Shown one piece after another: positions 1 through 8,224 of a stretch of 64,000 nucleotides of DNA (position 1 is the first letter of the stretch; every line of letters starts with the position of its first letter). Below the pieces are notes generated by a model that was not told where the DNA came from, did not search any database, and saw only the letters and a list, made by a program, of their open reading frames with translations. The position numbers and the translations under genes were made by a program. This stretch comes from a bacterium. GTDB taxonomy: Bacteria > Patescibacteriota > Minisyncoccia > Phycocordibacterales > UBA5272. The DNA lies in contig JAHFNB010000003.1 in NCBI GenBank assembly GCA_023267595.1, positions 2,165-66,164 of the forward strand, given 5' to 3'.

Positions 1-1
1 G

Positions 2-3000
2 ACTGCACCAGTTGGGACTCTTTCTCAGGTTACTATAACTGGCGCTCCGACAGTTACAGCAGGTGCTACATCAATTAGGCGACAAGATGGTAGATATTTG
101 GTGCTACCAGGAGCAGCAAACAGTTCATCAATTTATGATCCTGTGTCAACGGGATCAAATGCAAGTGGTACATGGCTTACCTATTCTGTTGGATCATCTG
201 TTGCACTTGGTGATGCTGCTCAGGCTATATGGCGACAAGATGGCAAATATTTATTGCTAAATGGCAGTACAACAGATCTTACACTTATCGATCCAGGAGC
301 AAGCAGTGTTCTTCCTCAATTTACAGCACATGGAAGCCCTGTTGTACCTATTACTGGTGGAAAGACTGGCCCTGGACAGACTGCATTTATGTTGCCAGAT
401 GGTAGATATGCAATTGCTATAGGTGGAGCATCCACTACTCTTGCGCTCTATGATATAGGTTATATACGTGGTGGTGATGATGCCGGAGTAAAATTATCAT
501 CATACGAAACAGAATGTATTACAAATAGTAATATAAATGATCGCTCCACTATAAATTGGAACGCAAATTCTGAAGGATCTATTACGGTAAAAGTTAAACT
601 AGGGCAGGGAGCATGTACAAGTGTTTATAAAAATATAAATAAGAGTGGAGATTTAATCGGTGCAACATCTACTACAGACAGTATTCAGATAAAAGTATTT
701 TTTAAACGTAATCTTCCACAATTCTTAGATCAAGAATGGGGAATACGAAAGCAAGGTCTAGTTCGTTATCGAAGAAATAATGCTGACCCAGTATTGTATG
801 ATATATCAGTAGATAATGGTGCAGCATTTCATAAAACACAGTTTGATCTTGGAAATATTGCTTCTACTTCAACTGCATCGACTTCTGCATCAGGACCGGT
901 ATCTGTAAATATTGTTAATGACAAGACTGGTATGGCTATTGCTCTTGCAAATGGTATCGGTATTGGAAGTACTCAAACAACAGGTACTGGAGTTGGATAT
1001 TATCAAGGTGCATCACAATCACACAACGCACTTCAAGTTGCAGATGGAACAAGTACAATAGTAATGAAAAGACCAGATGGAAAATTTGTTATTATAACAG
1101 GAAGTAATACTACAAATTCTCAAATTTATGACCCAGATACAGAAGTATTTACCAATGAAGCAAATAAACCAACAACAAATATAGGACCTGGAGGAATTGC
1201 CTTCAAGCGCCCAGACGGAAACTTTTTTATAGTTATGGGTAATGGTACAAATGTCACGAATATATATGATCCTATTGCAAACATATATAGTGCCGGACCA
1301 AACCTTACCGGTACTGCAGGTAAAGGAGCACAATTTATCCCACTACCTACTGGTCGCGTACTTGTCCTTCATGGTAACTTCACTGCAACTACGACTATTT
1401 ATGATCCAATACAAAATGTAACAATATCTGGTCCACCAGTTCTTTCAAACAGTGCTACGCTTGTACAACCTGTAGGTGCTGGTTCTCTTGTTATTCCAAA
1501 TGCAGATGGCACGTTCTTTATTTCTACTGGAATGCTTTCTGAAAACTGTGCATCAGGTACAGCAGTTGGTTCTGCAATGTTATTTGATCCTTATAATATG
1601 GCATTTTCAAGTAGTACATCACTTGCATTTACTACATCAGGTCCAGGTCCAGGTGCATTTACTTTCCAAAGATCTGATGGTATTTGGGTTATAGGTAAGG
1701 GTATCTCACTTATTGGTTGTGCTCCACACGTTGTAGCCGCAGGTCTTGAATTATATAATCCTGTAACGAAACGTCTTGCTTCTGCAGGTACGTTACTTAC
1801 AACGACTCTTGGTTATGGAGCACACGCAGTGCCTAGACCTGATGGTACCTGGGCAATTTACCATGGTGCTAACATTGCTGGAGCCACGATGAACGGCTCT
1901 ACGACGATGAGTATTTATGTTCCAACGTTAGGTGCATTTATTACAAACGTCAATGCCCCAGCAGGTCTAATTATTCAAGGACCACCGGCATTTACCCCTA
2001 TTCATCAAGGGGCTACTTCATTCCAGCGTGATGATGGAAAGTTCGTAACAATTGCAGGTGCTGCTACAACATCAGCAGCAGGTGTTACGACAACAATTTT
2101 GTATGATGCTGGTTGGGTTTCAAAAGGAACATATAAATCAGAACAAGTAAATATTTCAGGAATGGATACTAACTCAACATTGGTTTGGAAATCAAACGGT
2201 GTACCAGGAATCTCTGCTGAAGTCCGCACTGCAGCCAACCAAGCAGCACTAGGTACTTCAACTCAACGTGATGTTGGAGTTTCTGGTGGATTAATTAATC
2301 CTGCAACAGGTGACACATGGTTCCAAGTAAATTTTAATTTCAAGCGTCAATTCCCATCATATGGAGGTATTTATACTGATGTGTGGTATGGAAATAGTGG
2401 TGGTAATATGCCAGCATCATCTAGAACAATACTTACTCCAACTGTTTATGAATATAAGGTTACAGAAGACAAGGATTTAATTAATTTACAAGCAGATGGA
2501 TTGTCGATGTTTAGAGTGAATTCAACAGGAGATGTATTTACTCAAGTGGGCGCGACGATTAATACTTCAGGTGCCGATCTTGCAGAACGTTATAAGTCGC
2601 GAGAGGTGCTTCAAAAAGGTGAAGTTGTATCTATCGACCCACAAAATAATCATGGTGTGAAGAAAACTGCGTATCAGTATCAACCAGATATGCTTGGAGT
2701 TGTCTCTACAGATCCAGGATTCGTAACTGGTGCATATACTGAAGATTCATATCCAATTGCTCTCATTGGACGTGTTCCAGTAAAAGTAACAACAGAAAAT
2801 GGGATGATACATACAGGTGACTACTTAACATCTGCAAGTGTTCCAGGATATGCAATGAAGGCATCTCTTGCTGGCCGTGTTATTGGTAAAGCCCTTGAGT
2901 CATTAGATGAACGTAAACTTACTGATTGTCCTACAAGTTCTATACTTGTTCCATACAGAAAATGTGGAACTGTTATGATGTTTGTGTCATTAATTGATTT

Positions 3001-4327
3001 TAATGGAGAGTCTATAGATGTTGCTATGAATGACTGGAAAGTAAAGCAGGCATCAATACAGGCTCTTGGTACTGATGCAGGACTTGATATTGCTACATCA
3101 TCTGAAAGTGCATTTGCAACAAATGATGTAGGTAGTCAGTTTATATTCTCAGATACTCGATCATCACAAGTAATGCAGTTCTTGATTGCATTACAAAAAG
3201 AAAGAGATGCAGGTTCAACATCAAAATCAGAAATCTTTGCCGATAGTATTAGTGCTACAGGAGAGGTTATTAGTCCAAAAATAATTACAACACTTATTGA
3301 AGCACGTAGTGGAAAGTTTGGCGTAATCGATGGTCTCTCTATTAATACAGGAACACTTGTTGCAGACACAGTTGTTACCAATACAATTAGTTCAACAAAT
3401 GGTGGTATCACAATGCAATTATTAGCAGACGGCAGATTAGTCCTTAAGAGAATGAATACTGCTTCTACAACTATATCTACCGCATCAACAACTGAAGGAA
3501 TGGTTCTTGGAGATGCAACATCAACAATGGCAACATCTTCTATAGAAACTGCATCAACAACAGAGGATATTATTATCTCATTTGATAATCAAGGTAATGT
3601 ATTCTTTGATGGATCACTTGTTGCAAAGAAAGTATCTACTGGAGCACTGGATGTATCTGGTACTGCAAAGTTCACAGGTGGTCTTGAGGTAACATCTATT
3701 GGTAACGCTAGTTCAAGTATGAATATCTTAAGTGATACATTCTTCTTTGGACGTCCATACTTTACCACAGATACTGGTGGAACTGCAATAATCAAGAAGG
3801 GCGCTGTACGTGTTGAAGTTACTTTTGAACGAGAATATATAGAAACACCAATTATCAATGCATCAGTTGTTTTTGCCACATCAACAACAGATGAACAAAT
3901 CAATTCATTCTTTAACGATGGTGTTCAATTTGTGATCACAAAACGTACAACACAAGGATTCACTATCCTCATTAATAAACCTTCAAGTAATGATATAGTA
4001 TTTAACTGGACCGCGCTTGCAGTTAAAGATTCAAAAGAGTTTACTTCAAAATCAGTTCCAGAAAATATTCCAGATATAACGACAAACACTATACCTACTC
4101 TGGAATCAGATAGTACCTCTACCCCAATAACAAGTACATCAACTGATTCTATTGTGCCGGATACAGCATCTTCTACAAGTTCAAGTACACCTGAGATCAT
4201 TCCAACAGCAATAGATACGAGTGAATCTATTTCTCCGGATATCTTAATTCCCATAACATCTCCACCCGAAGAAACCGAGGTCTCATCACCAGTTATCCCT
4301 AACGAAAATCCTGTTACAACACCATAA
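2..4327 (+). CDS. Giant secreted surface protein, 5'-truncated by window edge. At least 10 tandem ~47-aa beta-propeller-like repeats (consensus R/KxDGxxxxxxGxxxTxIYDP), a central tail-fibre/adhesin-like region and an S/T/P-rich C-terminal tail.
   Basis: Frame 2 is open from nt 2 and already contains a repeat unit (RRQDGRYLVLPGAANSSSIYDP) upstream of the first Met at 98. Repeats with DG(K/R)(Y/F) and IYDP recur through ~nt 2100. Residues ~1330-1409 are low-complexity Ser/Thr/Pro. No TGA/TAA/TAG for 4.3 kb. Confidence 0.7.
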   Translation, partial: TAPVGTLSQVTITGAPTVTAGATSIRRQDGRYLVLPGAANSSSIYDPVSTGSNASGTWLTYSVGSSVALGDAAQAIWRQDGKYLLLNGSTTDLTLIDPGASSVLPQFTAHGSPVVPITGGKTGPGQTAFMLPDGRYAIAIGGASTTLALYDIGYIRGGDDAGVKLSSYETECITNSNINDRSTINWNANSEGSITVKVKLGQGACTSVYKNINKSGDLIGATSTTDSIQIKVFFKRNLPQFLDQEWGIRKQGLVRYRRNNADPVLYDISVDNGAAFHKTQFDLGNIASTSTASTSASGPVSVNIVNDKTGMAIALANGIGIGSTQTTGTGVGYYQGASQSHNALQVADGTSTIVMKRPDGKFVIITGSNTTNSQIYDPDTEVFTNEANKPTTNIGPGGIAFKRPDGNFFIVMGNGTNVTNIYDPIANIYSAGPNLTGTAGKGAQFIPLPTGRVLVLHGNFTATTTIYDPIQNVTISGPPVLSNSATLVQPVGAGSLVIPNADGTFFISTGMLSENCASGTAVGSAMLFDPYNMAFSSSTSLAFTTSGPGPGAFTFQRSDGIWVIGKGISLIGCAPHVVAAGLELYNPVTKRLASAGTLLTTTLGYGAHAVPRPDGTWAIYHGANIAGATMNGSTTMSIYVPTLGAFITNVNAPAGLIIQGPPAFTPIHQGATSFQRDDGKFVTIAGAATTSAAGVTTTILYDAGWVSKGTYKSEQVNISGMDTNSTLVWKSNGVPGISAEVRTAANQAALGTSTQRDVGVSGGLINPATGDTWFQVNFNFKRQFPSYGGIYTDVWYGNSGGNMPASSRTILTPTVYEYKVTEDKDLINLQADGLSMFRVNSTGDVFTQVGATINTSGADLAERYKSREVLQKGEVVSIDPQNNHGVKKTAYQYQPDMLGVVSTDPGFVTGAYTEDSYPIALIGRVPVKVTTENGMIHTGDYLTSASVPGYAMKASLAGRVIGKALESLDERKLTDCPTSSILVPYRKCGTVMMFVSLIDFNGESIDVAMNDWKVKQASIQALGTDAGLDIATSSESAFATNDVGSQFIFSDTRSSQVMQFLIALQKERDAGSTSKSEIFADSISATGEVISPKIITTLIEARSGKFGVIDGLSINTGTLVADTVVTNTISSTNGGITMQLLADGRLVLKRMNTASTTISTASTTEGMVLGDATSTMATSSIETASTTEDIIISFDNQGNVFFDGSLVAKKVSTGALDVSGTAKFTGGLEVTSIGNASSSMNILSDTFFFGRPYFTTDTGGTAIIKKGAVRVEVTFEREYIETPIINASVVFATSTTDEQINSFFNDGVQFVITKRTTQGFTILINKPSSNDIVFNWTALAVKDSKEFTSKSVPENIPDITTNTIPTLESDSTSTPITSTSTDSIVPDTASSTSSSTPEIIPTAIDTSESISPDILIPITSPPEETEVSSPVIPNENPVTTP

Positions 4328-4349
4328 TCTATGATAAAATTAAACGTAT

Positions 4350-4766
4350 ATGAAAACATCAGTTGCTATTAAATCTTCAAAAATTGTAAAGTTAGAAGAA
4401 ACGAAAACAAAATTACAGGCATTACTTACTGCAAAAAATGGAATGATTGTCCTTATCCTTGTTTGTCTTTTTTCTTTAGGATTTGGAATGTATTTTTATC
4501 AAAAAGCAAATAATAATCCACAAAAGATTGCACAACAAGACTTAGAAGATACTATTGCTGCAGTTGGTAAACTTATGGTTCTTCCAGTAGGGGAAGTTCC
4601 AACACTTGCAACTGTTTCAGATCCAGAAAAATTACGTGATCAATCTTTCTTTGCTAATGCAAAAAAGGATGACAAAGTCCTAATTTATAGTACTGCAGGT
4701 AAAGCCATTCTCTACAACCCATCATCAAATAAAATTGTAGAAGTTTCTCCACTGAAGAGTCGATAG
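4350..4766 (+). CDS. Hypothetical single-pass membrane protein
   Basis: 138-aa ORF 23 nt after the giant protein stop. One hydrophobic helix (IVLILVCLFSLGFGMYFY) then a soluble domain. Confidence 0.5.
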   Translation: MKTSVAIKSSKIVKLEETKTKLQALLTAKNGMIVLILVCLFSLGFGMYFYQKANNNPQKIAQQDLEDTIAAVGKLMVLPVGEVPTLATVSDPEKLRDQSFFANAKKDDKVLIYSTAGKAILYNPSSNKIVEVSPLKSR

Positions 4767-4824
4767 TCTACAAAGAATAGTTTATCCAGTTTATTTTTTG
4801 TAGTAATAGGGTATCATAGTAACT

Positions 4825-6168
4825 ATGAAATCTCGTTTAGGAATTATCTTATGTGGTATTGGTATTTCCTTCTGTATCCCAGCCATTTCCCTTGCACAAG
4901 AGTCTACATCAACATCATTTAAAATGTTTGACCCTGTGATTGCACCGGGTGGATTTGCTACATCTACAAGTTTTCAATTATGGAGCACACTTACGGAAAT
5001 TGCTACAGGATTTAGTTCATCAACACTTTTTCAACTCGGCGCAGGGTTTTTGCGATATCCACTTGTTTCTACACCTATTGTTTCTGCTACTGCAGGAGAT
5101 GCACAAGTATTTTTGTCATGGACTGCTTCTCAAGGGTTTTGGCATATCATGCCTTCTACGTATATGCTCGGACGATCTACTATTTCAGGTGGTCCATACA
5201 CATTTAGTTCAGTTGGTTTTGGTTCTACCGTTACCGGTCTTACAAATGGAACCACCTATTATTTCGTCGTGCGTGTTCATGATGTAGATGGAAATGTATT
5301 GGCAACGTCGACTCAAGTCTCTGCTACACCACAAGCAGCAAGTAGTGGCGGTGGAGGCGGTGGAGGCGGTGGAGGCGGTGGAGGCGGTGGAGGCGGTGGA
5401 GGCGGTGGAGGCGGAGGCGCTAGTACACCAACGGCAACTGCAGTTGTATTTTATGGAAGAGCCTATCCAAAAAGTATTGTAACGTTACTTAAAGACGCAC
5501 AAATTGCAGCAACTACAATTGCAGGAGCAGACGCAAATTTCCAGATAAGTTTGTCAGGTATTTCTTCAGGGAATTATATTTTTTCATTATATGGTGAAGA
5601 TAATAAAGGTTTGCGATCATCACTTCTTTCTTTTCCGGTAAGTGTGACGCAAGGTGCTACAACCCAAGTCACTGGTATTTTTATTACACCAACTATTGAT
5701 GTAGATAAAAGTGAAGTACGACAAGGAGATAACATTGCAATTTTTGGACAAAGTACACCTCGTTCAGAAATTATTATAAGTGTGCATTCTGATGAAGAAT
5801 ATTTCCAAAAAAAGACATCAGATAATAATGGTGCATATCTTTTTAATTTTGATACATCAGTTCTTGAAATGGGACAACATCAAACAAAATCGAAGACATC
5901 ACTTGATGGAGAAATTAGTGCTTTTAGCCAAGTGATTGGATTTTTAGTTGGTACGAAAAATGTAGCAGCACTTACAAAAAAGAAAATTTTAAAAGGAGAT
6001 CTTAATAAAGATGGAAAAGTAAACTTAATAGATTTTTCTATTGCTTCGTTTTGGTATAGACGTCCACTTTCAGAATCATTTAAAGCAATTGAAATAGAAC
6101 GTTTAAATGCAGATGGAAAAGTTGATTTAAAAGATTTCAGTATTATGGCATTTTATTGGACCGGGTAA
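4825..6168 (+). CDS. Secreted protein with signal peptide, 24-residue poly-Gly linker and C-terminal type-I dockerin-like duplicated Ca-binding repeats
   Basis: N-terminal signal peptide (GIGISFCIPAISLAQE). C-terminus has two dockerin repeat segments, DLNKDGKVNLIDFS and LNADGKVDLKDFS. Gly24 run encoded by a 9-bp tandem repeat. Confidence 0.7.
   Translation: MKSRLGIILCGIGISFCIPAISLAQESTSTSFKMFDPVIAPGGFATSTSFQLWSTLTEIATGFSSSTLFQLGAGFLRYPLVSTPIVSATAGDAQVFLSWTASQGFWHIMPSTYMLGRSTISGGPYTFSSVGFGSTVTGLTNGTTYYFVVRVHDVDGNVLATSTQVSATPQAASSGGGGGGGGGGGGGGGGGGGGGGGGASTPTATAVVFYGRAYPKSIVTLLKDAQIAATTIAGADANFQISLSGISSGNYIFSLYGEDNKGLRSSLLSFPVSVTQGATTQVTGIFITPTIDVDKSEVRQGDNIAIFGQSTPRSEIIISVHSDEEYFQKKTSDNNGAYLFNFDTSVLEMGQHQTKSKTSLDGEISAFSQVIGFLVGTKNVAALTKKKILKGDLNKDGKVNLIDFSIASFWYRRPLSESFKAIEIERLNADGKVDLKDFSIMAFYWTG
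5347..5418. repeat. Tandem 9-bp microsatellite (GGCGGTGGA) x7 perfect plus one imperfect copy, encoding poly-Gly
   Basis: ggcggtgga repeated head-to-tail from 5347 to 5409, then ggcggaggc. The alternative frames give the VEAVEA and GGGG artefact ORFs at 4940 and 5288. Confidence 0.95.
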
Positions 6169-6172
6169 CTTT

Positions 6173-7042
6173 ATGAATCATTTTTTTAAAAAATTAGTAC
6201 TATGCTTTCTTATCGGTATGACATATATACCTGTTTTTGCTGCATCTATTACACAAAATGTGTCCTCTACATCATATATGGAAGGCGAAGAGTTTTTAGT
6301 TCGTTACACTATTGGAACAGATGGAAAGTATGTTAATACAGTAGACGGAACAATCACATACCCACATGATCTCTTGGAGGTACAAGAGATTAGAGACGGT
6401 AATTCTATTATCAATTTCTGGGTACAACATCCTACTATAGATATACAAGGGATATCTTTTTCAGGGATCATTCCTGGAGGATATCAAGGGGAAGATGCTT
6501 TCTTGTTTTCTGTTCTTTTTAAAGCAAAAAAAACAGGAAAAGGGACACTTGCAGTTACGAATGTAGAAATGTTAGAAAATGATGGCAAAGCATCAAAACT
6601 TCTGGTAAGAAGTAAGATACTTACCTATAGTATTAGAAAAAATGAAAGCAGTGTTCCACCAACTGTGTTATTTGTACAAGAGTCAACAATGCCTGAAGCA
6701 TTTAAAGCAGAAATAGGACAATCAAGTGATATTGCACACGGTAACTATTTTCTTACGTTTGCAACACAGGATAAAGGGTCGGGTATTAGCCACTATGAAG
6801 TAAAAGAAGGATTATTTGGTACTTATGCTACGGCAACAAGTCCCTATGTGTTACTAAATCAAAATCTTGATACAAAGATTTATGTAAAAGCAGTTGATAA
6901 AGATGGGAATGAACGAATAGAGGTTCTTTACCCACAAAATTGGCATCCATGGTATAGTAATTATATCATTAGTATCTTTATATTTGGTCTGCTATTTTAT
7001 CTCTATAAAATAGCAGAGGCGTACCTACCAAAGAGATTATAG
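6173..7042 (+). CDS. Membrane-anchored cohesin-like domain protein (signal peptide, cohesin-like beta-sandwich, C-terminal TM helix)
   Basis: Signal peptide (LVLCFLIGMTYIPVFAAS). Region FLVRYTIGTDGKYVNTVDGTITYPHDLLEV...FSVLFKAKKTGKGTLAVTNVEMLENDG matches the cohesin-type pattern and is paralogous to the N-terminus of the 8225 ORF. C-terminal hydrophobic helix (IISIFIFGLLFYLY). Confidence 0.5.
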   Translation: MNHFFKKLVLCFLIGMTYIPVFAASITQNVSSTSYMEGEEFLVRYTIGTDGKYVNTVDGTITYPHDLLEVQEIRDGNSIINFWVQHPTIDIQGISFSGIIPGGYQGEDAFLFSVLFKAKKTGKGTLAVTNVEMLENDGKASKLLVRSKILTYSIRKNESSVPPTVLFVQESTMPEAFKAEIGQSSDIAHGNYFLTFATQDKGSGISHYEVKEGLFGTYATATSPYVLLNQNLDTKIYVKAVDKDGNERIEVLYPQNWHPWYSNYIISIFIFGLLFYLYKIAEAYLPKRL

Positions 7043-7061
7043 TATACTTATTCTATAATCC

Positions 7062-8093
7062 ATGACTTCTTTTTTGATGTATCTGAGAGAAAATAAGGCA
7101 TCTAGATTTTTTATAGGAGGTGTTATCGTACTCTCTTTTTTTACAGGTATTATTTTTGATGTTTTACTATTACACAAAGTATCTTTTTTTTACTCGAATA
7201 CAAAATGTCTTTCCAATTTAAAATTTGTTAATCCAGAACCAGAATGTGATTTGTATGAAGATAAATTAGAGAGAATGAATACCCTTCAGAATGATTTAGG
7301 GGTAAAAATTAATGGCTATATAGATACCAAACGTGCAACAAAAATAGCAGTATTCACACGAGATTTAAACTCTCAACGATTTGCCGGAGTTAACGATGCA
7401 GAGATTTTCTATATGGCATCTCTCCTTAAGGTTCCTCTTGCAATTGCATATTATCGTTTATCTGAAATTACTTCAGATATTCTTGACCAGAAGATAGTCT
7501 ATAAAGATGTTTCTGATACAGGTATGGAATATTCTTTTCAAAATATTCCTGATTCAAAAAAATTAGTGGAAGGAAAAGAATACACAGTTCAAAAACTTTT
7601 GTTTAATACCCTTGCATATTCTGATAACTCTACGGCTCAATTATTGTTAAATGGGTATATTTCTGAAGATTATTTGCAAAAAATATTGCTTGCTATTGGT
7701 TTACAGGTAAGTAAAAATGGAATGCCTGAAAATCTAGTAACTGCAAAATCATATGCTGGGGTATTTCGTATACTGTACAATGCTTCGTTTTTACAACGAG
7801 AGACGTCTAATGCTATCTTAAAGATATTGTCAGATAGTGGTTTTGCTAATGGTGCAACGAAAAAATTACCAAAGGATATTGTTGTCGCACATAAGTTTGG
7901 AGAAAGAACAATTCTGGATCCTGTTACAAAACAGGTTGTGTCACGACAATTACATGATTGTGGTATTGTCTATGCAAAGGATGGAAAAGAACCATACACA
8001 TTTTGTATTATGACAGAAGGAGAGGATTTTAAAGATTTAGAAACAATTCTACAAGATATATCACTTGAAATTTATCAAGGGATTGTCGAATAG
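7062..8093 (+). CDS. Class A beta-lactamase-like serine hydrolase (membrane-anchored)
   Basis: S-x-x-K motif in FYMASLLKVPLA. SDN motif in YSDNSTAQLLL (compare SDNTAANLLL of class A enzymes). Degenerate KTG motif (HKFGE). N-terminal TM helix. Confidence 0.6.
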   Translation: MTSFLMYLRENKASRFFIGGVIVLSFFTGIIFDVLLLHKVSFFYSNTKCLSNLKFVNPEPECDLYEDKLERMNTLQNDLGVKINGYIDTKRATKIAVFTRDLNSQRFAGVNDAEIFYMASLLKVPLAIAYYRLSEITSDILDQKIVYKDVSDTGMEYSFQNIPDSKKLVEGKEYTVQKLLFNTLAYSDNSTAQLLLNGYISEDYLQKILLAIGLQVSKNGMPENLVTAKSYAGVFRILYNASFLQRETSNAILKILSDSGFANGATKKLPKDIVVAHKFGERTILDPVTKQVVSRQLHDCGIVYAKDGKEPYTFCIMTEGEDFKDLETILQDISLEIYQGIVE

Positions 8094-8224
8094 TAAACTG
8101 TTGAAAACTTTTACGTACATGAATATTTGTAACGTATACTAGTTGGTATGTAGAGATGCATCTTTTGTATGTATCTTATGCAAAAACTTTGAGTACATTT
8201 TCACCAACATTATTTTCATATAGA

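Noticed and set aside
4940-5482. Track ORFs 4940..5287 (+) and 5288..5482 (+, containing VEAVEAVEA...)
   Set aside because: These are alternative-frame readings of the dockerin-protein gene. The VEAVEA run is just the +1 frame of the (GGCGGTGGA)n microsatellite. There is no independent start context.
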